A stretch of 54,467 bases of DNA from Desulfosarcina sp. Lineage in GTDB: Bacteria > Desulfobacterota > Desulfobacteria > Desulfobacterales > Desulfosarcinaceae. Under the pieces are notes generated by a model, which was not told where the DNA came from, searched no databases, and worked only from the letters and a program-made list of their open reading frames with translations. The DNA is taken from assembly GCF_041551955.1 (NCBI RefSeq), contig NZ_JBFELV010000001.1, forward strand, positions 1 to 54,467, given 5' to 3'. This document shows positions 50,380-54,467 of the stretch, piece by piece. The stretch's first letter is position 1. Every line of letters begins with the position of its first letter. The translations under genes and the position numbers were made by a program.

Positions 50380-51039
50380 ATGGGACTCAAAGAGAGAAGG
50401 GAGCGGGAAAAAGAAGCGCGCAAGCGGCAGATCCTGGCGGCTGCCAGACGGCTGTTGTTCAAAAAGGGGATTCAGTCCACCAGTATCAATCAGATCGCCC
50501 GGACGGCCGAACTGGGCATCGGCACGATTTATTTCTACTACCAGAGCAAAGAGGAGATATTCTACTCGCTTCAGGAGGAGGGCCTGGATATCCTCTTTCG
50601 CGAGATCGCCGCCATCGGCCGGGCCCACACGGCACCCGGGGACAAACTTCGTCAAACCGGGTTGGCCTACCTGCGTTTCAGCAGCGAGCATAAGGACTAT
50701 TTCGACATCATCAACTACTTTCTGGCCACCCCGTCGGTGATTCTCGGCAGCGACCTGAAACAGAAAATCGACCGAAAAGGCAGCCACATCCTGCGGCTGA
50801 TCGCCGGGTTTATCCGTACGGGTATCTCCGACGGCATCTTCAGACCGGTGGATCCAAAAAAATACGCCGTCATGTTCTGGGGGGCCCTGCACGGGCTGAC
50901 CCAATTCAAGAAGCTGGAGGAGACCGTATTAGAGGGAGAGGATCACGGTCGCATTTACAACTACGCCGTCGAACAATTGATCGACGGCTTGAAACGCACT
51001 GATCACCGGGACCTGGGCCTGAAATCAGGCGACGGATGA
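50380..51039 (+). CDS. TetR/AcrR family transcriptional regulator
   Basis: ILAAARRLLFKKG...IARTAELGIGTIYFYYQSKEEI HTH. Confidence 0.93.
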   Translation: MGLKERREREKEARKRQILAAARRLLFKKGIQSTSINQIARTAELGIGTIYFYYQSKEEIFYSLQEEGLDILFREIAAIGRAHTAPGDKLRQTGLAYLRFSSEHKDYFDIINYFLATPSVILGSDLKQKIDRKGSHILRLIAGFIRTGISDGIFRPVDPKKYAVMFWGALHGLTQFKKLEETVLEGEDHGRIYNYAVEQLIDGLKRTDHRDLGLKSGDG

Positions 51040-51074
51040 CCGAAGACTGGGGTCGGAGGTTCGAAAACGGAAGT
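51033..51074. repeat. Degenerate heptamer tandem repeats
   Basis: CGGATGA CCGAAGA CTGGGGT CGGAGGT TCGAAAA CGGAAGT; the first unit contains the TetR stop codon. Confidence 0.55.
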
Positions 51075-51244
51075 AGAAATTCTGGGACTTGCCAACGAAA
51101 ACATCGACAAGGGAGCGTTGTGTCTTGCACCGGCCCCCTTTTTCGGTGTATTGTACATCCTATCATTCCGGTTCAATTGATGCCGGCCTCGACCGATCGA
51201 TCAATCCGGTATCCCCCTTTTTCAACACCAACCAGAGGATTTAC

Positions 51245-52075
51245 ATGTCAAGAAAAATGAAATTGGCTCTCTTTTTCATGGTTATGCTGCTTCCAGCGTC
51301 GCTGCATGCCACATTCGAGGTCGAAAGCGTCCTCAAGACCGACATGGACGCAGCGATTCTGGATGTGACCACCAATCCGGCCGAAGAACTGGTCTTTGTC
51401 CTGACATCCGGGGAGGTGCTGATCTATTCGAGCTCCGATCAAGTCGTTTTGGACCGCATTCCGGTTGAAAAACAGTTCGACCGGATCGCCTATCAGGACC
51501 CGGACCGGTTGGTCCTGACCGCCGCTGAACCATCCCGGATCAACATCATCCGGTTCAGCCGCATTTACGATATCGATCTGTCCGGCAGGGCGGTCAAGGG
51601 GCTCCGGGATGCGAAAGTCACCCTCGTGGTGTTTGACGACTACCAGTGACCGTATTGTGCTCGTTTAGAGCAATACATCCAGCAGGTGCTGGAAAAATTC
51701 CCCAATGACGTCAGCTATGTAATCAAACACTTCCCGCTTTCCAACCATCAATTCGCCCATCCAGGTGCCATGGCGGCGCTGGCTGCGGGCAACCAGGGAA
51801 AATTCTGGGAATTCCACAGCCAACTGCTCGAGAATCACCAGCAGCTCAGCGATGAAAAAATTTTGGAAATCGCCGGTGGGATGGGGTTGAACATGGAACA
51901 GTTCAACCAGGACCGCCAGTCTGCATCCAGCCGCCGAATCATCCAGGAAGACATCGAAAATGGGAAGAAAATCGGTGTTCGCGGGACGCCGTCGGTGTTT
52001 ATGAATGGAAAGCGGATCAGCAACCGGGAGTTGGGTAACCTGCCCGAATTGATCATGCGGGAACGTGGTAAATGA
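51245..52075 (+). CDS. DsbA/thioredoxin-like selenoprotein (UPYC active site; TGA 51647-51649 read as Sec) with signal peptide and N-terminal beta-rich domain
   Basis: Two track ORFs are in the same frame: ...VVFDDYQ-TGA-PYCARL...KHFPL..H...GKFWEFH...GVRGTPSVFMNG; hairpin directly after the TGA. Confidence 0.85.
51652..51676 (+). promoter_or_regulatory. Putative bacterial SECIS hairpin
   Basis: GTAT-(TG bulge)-TGCTC-[GTTTA]-GAGCA-ATAC, starting after a 2-nt gap (CC) behind the in-frame TGA; the loop begins with G. Confidence 0.6.
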
Positions 52076-52350
52076 AAAACAGACGATTATGGTTTTCGTT
52101 TTCGTTGTTGGTACTTTCACTGTTTTTGGCGTCATGCACCCACAAACCCTATCATCCCACTAAAAGTGAGCGGGAGTGGACCATCGACAACGAAGATTGC
52201 CAGCAATCGGTCAGAGAGGGCATTCGCGATGAGCCCGATACCTATGACAACTTCGACGAGATGCGGTTGATCCGCCAATGCATGAGGGATAAAGGTTGGC
52301 GGTGGGAACGCACCGACCTGTTTGACTTTAAAAAGCCGGCGGCGGAATAG
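52072..52350 (+). CDS. Small lipoprotein of unknown function
   Basis: Lipobox FLASC; Cys pair and CM..KGW motif; ATGA overlap with the DsbA-like stop. Confidence 0.75.
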   Translation: MKNRRLWFSFSLLVLSLFLASCTHKPYHPTKSEREWTIDNEDCQQSVREGIRDEPDTYDNFDEMRLIRQCMRDKGWRWERTDLFDFKKPAAE

Positions 52351-52357
52351 GCAGCCT

Positions 52358-54466
52358 TCAATCGACGGAGGTGCCGGCGATGGGTTTAAAAAGCCGCTCC
52401 ATGGCTTTGAGATAGCCGGGTGCGCACTGCAGGTAAAAGGATAGCCCCTTCGAGAAGTTTATCCCCACCACGCCATCAATGAACATCTGGCTGATTTCCC
52501 GTTCGCGCTTAAGGATTGTCTGACAGCCTGCCAGAATTCGCTTTTCTTCATTGGAAAGGGTTTTAAAGAGATACTTGAGGGCCGTGCGGGCCCGGGGCTG
52601 ATACATCCAGAAATAGAGCAGGTCCAGTGCCCCGATGACGATGAGTCTTTCCAAGTCCTTGGCATCGGCATTGGCATCGATGCGCTCCTTGCCGATGGAA
52701 TCGAGCGTTTCCCATACATTCAACTCCGGCAGCTGGGCTTCCAGGCGGCCGTAAGTGTCAAAGAGCTGGGACAGGGTGTCCGCATAGTCTTGGAAGCGGG
52801 TCTGAATATTGCTGAACCGGTCCGCGGTTCCCTCGATCACCCCGGCCACGGTGTCAGAGGCCCCCTTGGAGATGACCGCCGCCCATTTTTGCAGATGCCC
52901 GTCGATACCCGTCACGCCGAGCATCCCCAGCAGGCTGCCGATGAGCATGTTGAGTACGATGGCGATGGGAATGGAGAGGATGCTGCGGAAAAAGTTCCCA
53001 TACACGGCGCCTTTGGGCAGTCCCCGGAACAGGTTGTGGCTGGACAGATAAATGCCGTTGGCCACGGCCATGACCGTGTAGAGGGCCATTGGGTTCGTCG
53101 CCGTCGTAATGCCCATGAGTCGATCCAGAAAAAGGGTTTTGACCAGATAGTCCAACAGCGGTACCGAAAACCCGGTAAACAGCAGTGAATCGGATATCCT
53201 CACCCAACTGACGTAATCGTTCCAGCGCAGCAGCGGTGAACGGCTGACGCCACCGCCGCCCAGCACCGACTGGACGATGTTTCTGACCCCCGTGATGCCG
53301 AACCAGATGAACGCCCCCAGGTAGGCCAGCACCCACCATGAGTTGGTCAGATAGAAGCTAAGAAAGGCCGGAATGAATCCCATGAGTATTTTCAGCCCGT
53401 TTCTCACCGTACTGTTCAGGTAGAAGGGCGTAATGGTGGGCTTGGGCGCGGCTGCCGGACTGCACTCCAGCCGCAGACCGTTATCCGAACGGTCGGCAAT
53501 ACCCCCTAAGGTGACGATGTTCCCCTCAGGTTGCATGCGGGTGAGGTGGGTCTGGACCAGCCAGTCGACCAGACGGCTTTTGCCGAGTACCTTGAGTAAG
53601 GGCAGATGTTGGATCAGACGCTGGTGAAGTCCCTGAGATCCTTTGGGACTTCGATAGGGGATGTAGGTGACCCGCTTGTAGACCGGTATCTGGAAAGGAA
53701 TCACGCTGCGGATGGCCCGGTTGGGCGGTTCCGACGGGTCGCCGAGCGCGCAGGGGATCTCCCCCGGCGCCACGTGCTGGCGGTGCTTGCACAACCGGCG
53801 GGCGCTGGGGGGAAGTGTCTCTAAAATGGCCAGACCCATGCCGTACATGCGTGAAGAGTGGCCGGTCGAGTCGCTGCCGATTCTCGGTTTGAGATGCATG
53901 GAGCTGTACATGGCCGTGAACGCGGAGATATCGTGGAGGATGATGCCCAGCTTCTCGATGCGCTCCGTCTTGCCGGAAAAGGGCTTGGCGGTGGCCAGCC
54001 GTCCGATGATTCGCCGGATGACCCGCTTCAGGTTGATGGCATTGCCCTCGTTTAGCGCCAGCTGGAGTTCGCTGATCTCCTCGATGTAGCAGGTCTTGCC
54101 GGTGGTGTAATCCTTGAGGTTGAAAATTTCCAAACGGCTGATGAGACCTTCGCAGTCGTAGAGAATTTCCACCACGTCCTCGGGAAGCAAGTCCGTCAGG
54201 TTCAAGGTGACCCGATAGCCGGTGTGCAGGCTGGTGACCCGTTCCAGCAGCTGTCTGGGCGTCAGGTCGAGCATTTCGGGGGTGTTCGGGTCCTCGTGGA
54301 CCTGGTTGGGATCGGGGATATCGGGATTGGCTGCCGGCCGCAGAAACTGACGCACGATGGTCTCCGAGTCCAGGTCGTTCATTTGATCCACCAGTGATGC
54401 CATATCCGCCCTTTGGCCGTCATCGGCACTTTCACAGGCGTTACGCAAGTCCTCGACCCTTCGCTT
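52358..54466 (-). CDS. Large hypothetical membrane protein (5' end outside the window)
   Basis: Frame stays open to the window edge; several TM segments in the C-terminal half; GSDSTGH motif. Confidence 0.75.
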   Translation of the reverse strand, partial: KRRVEDLRNACESADDGQRADMASLVDQMNDLDSETIVRQFLRPAANPDIPDPNQVHEDPNTPEMLDLTPRQLLERVTSLHTGYRVTLNLTDLLPEDVVEILYDCEGLISRLEIFNLKDYTTGKTCYIEEISELQLALNEGNAINLKRVIRRIIGRLATAKPFSGKTERIEKLGIILHDISAFTAMYSSMHLKPRIGSDSTGHSSRMYGMGLAILETLPPSARRLCKHRQHVAPGEIPCALGDPSEPPNRAIRSVIPFQIPVYKRVTYIPYRSPKGSQGLHQRLIQHLPLLKVLGKSRLVDWLVQTHLTRMQPEGNIVTLGGIADRSDNGLRLECSPAAAPKPTITPFYLNSTVRNGLKILMGFIPAFLSFYLTNSWWVLAYLGAFIWFGITGVRNIVQSVLGGGGVSRSPLLRWNDYVSWVRISDSLLFTGFSVPLLDYLVKTLFLDRLMGITTATNPMALYTVMAVANGIYLSSHNLFRGLPKGAVYGNFFRSILSIPIAIVLNMLIGSLLGMLGVTGIDGHLQKWAAVISKGASDTVAGVIEGTADRFSNIQTRFQDYADTLSQLFDTYGRLEAQLPELNVWETLDSIGKERIDANADAKDLERLIVIGALDLLYFWMYQPRARTALKYLFKTLSNEEKRILAGCQTILKREREISQMFIDGVVGINFSKGLSFYLQCAPGYLKAMERLFKPIAGTSVD

Positions 54467-54467
54467 C

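Noticed and set aside
51089-52075. Two separate genes, or a pseudogene, as the ORF track implies
   Set aside because: The stop falls exactly at the catalytic Cys position, the frame is preserved and a SECIS-like hairpin follows. Sec recoding explains this better. The TTG start at 51089 lacks an SD, whereas ATG 51245 has AGAGGA and a signal peptide.

Overview
GC-rich bacterial window; gene content and protein sequences suggest a sulfate-reducing Desulfobacterota genome (Desulfobacteraceae/Desulfosarcina-like; inference). 1-16.9 kb: 3' end of rpoC and the str/S10/spc/alpha ribosomal superoperon, which lacks fusA, adk and map. 17-24 kb: TRAP transporter, non-decarboxylating glutaryl-CoA dehydrogenase, a CMD-family protein and the glutaconyl-CoA decarboxylase alpha subunit. 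24-37 kb: diguanylate cyclase-kbl-tdh and a dense cluster of histidine kinases and response regulators. 37-41.6 kb: housekeeping hydrolases. 41.8-45.2 kb holds the most unusual system: a two-gene, Tat-exported group 1 [NiFe] hydrogenase. Its large subunit starts with two tandem ~108-aa Calx-beta/Ig-like domains. Its small subunit ends in a two-CXXCH cytochrome c-like domain and has a remodelled Fe-S relay. A sigma54-type promoter precedes the pair. 45.7-51 kb: an SDR/ThDP enzyme/BASS transporter/SDR/TetR catabolic unit. 51.2-52.1 kb: a DsbA-like selenoprotein (UPYC motif, in-frame TGA plus SECIS-like hairpin) that the ORF track splits in two. Also seen: two related MITE/REP-like hairpin elements, dispersed heptamer repeats and two highly structured intergenic regions. 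No rRNA, tRNA, CRISPR array or transposase was recognised. All homology calls are from motif recognition, not database searches.
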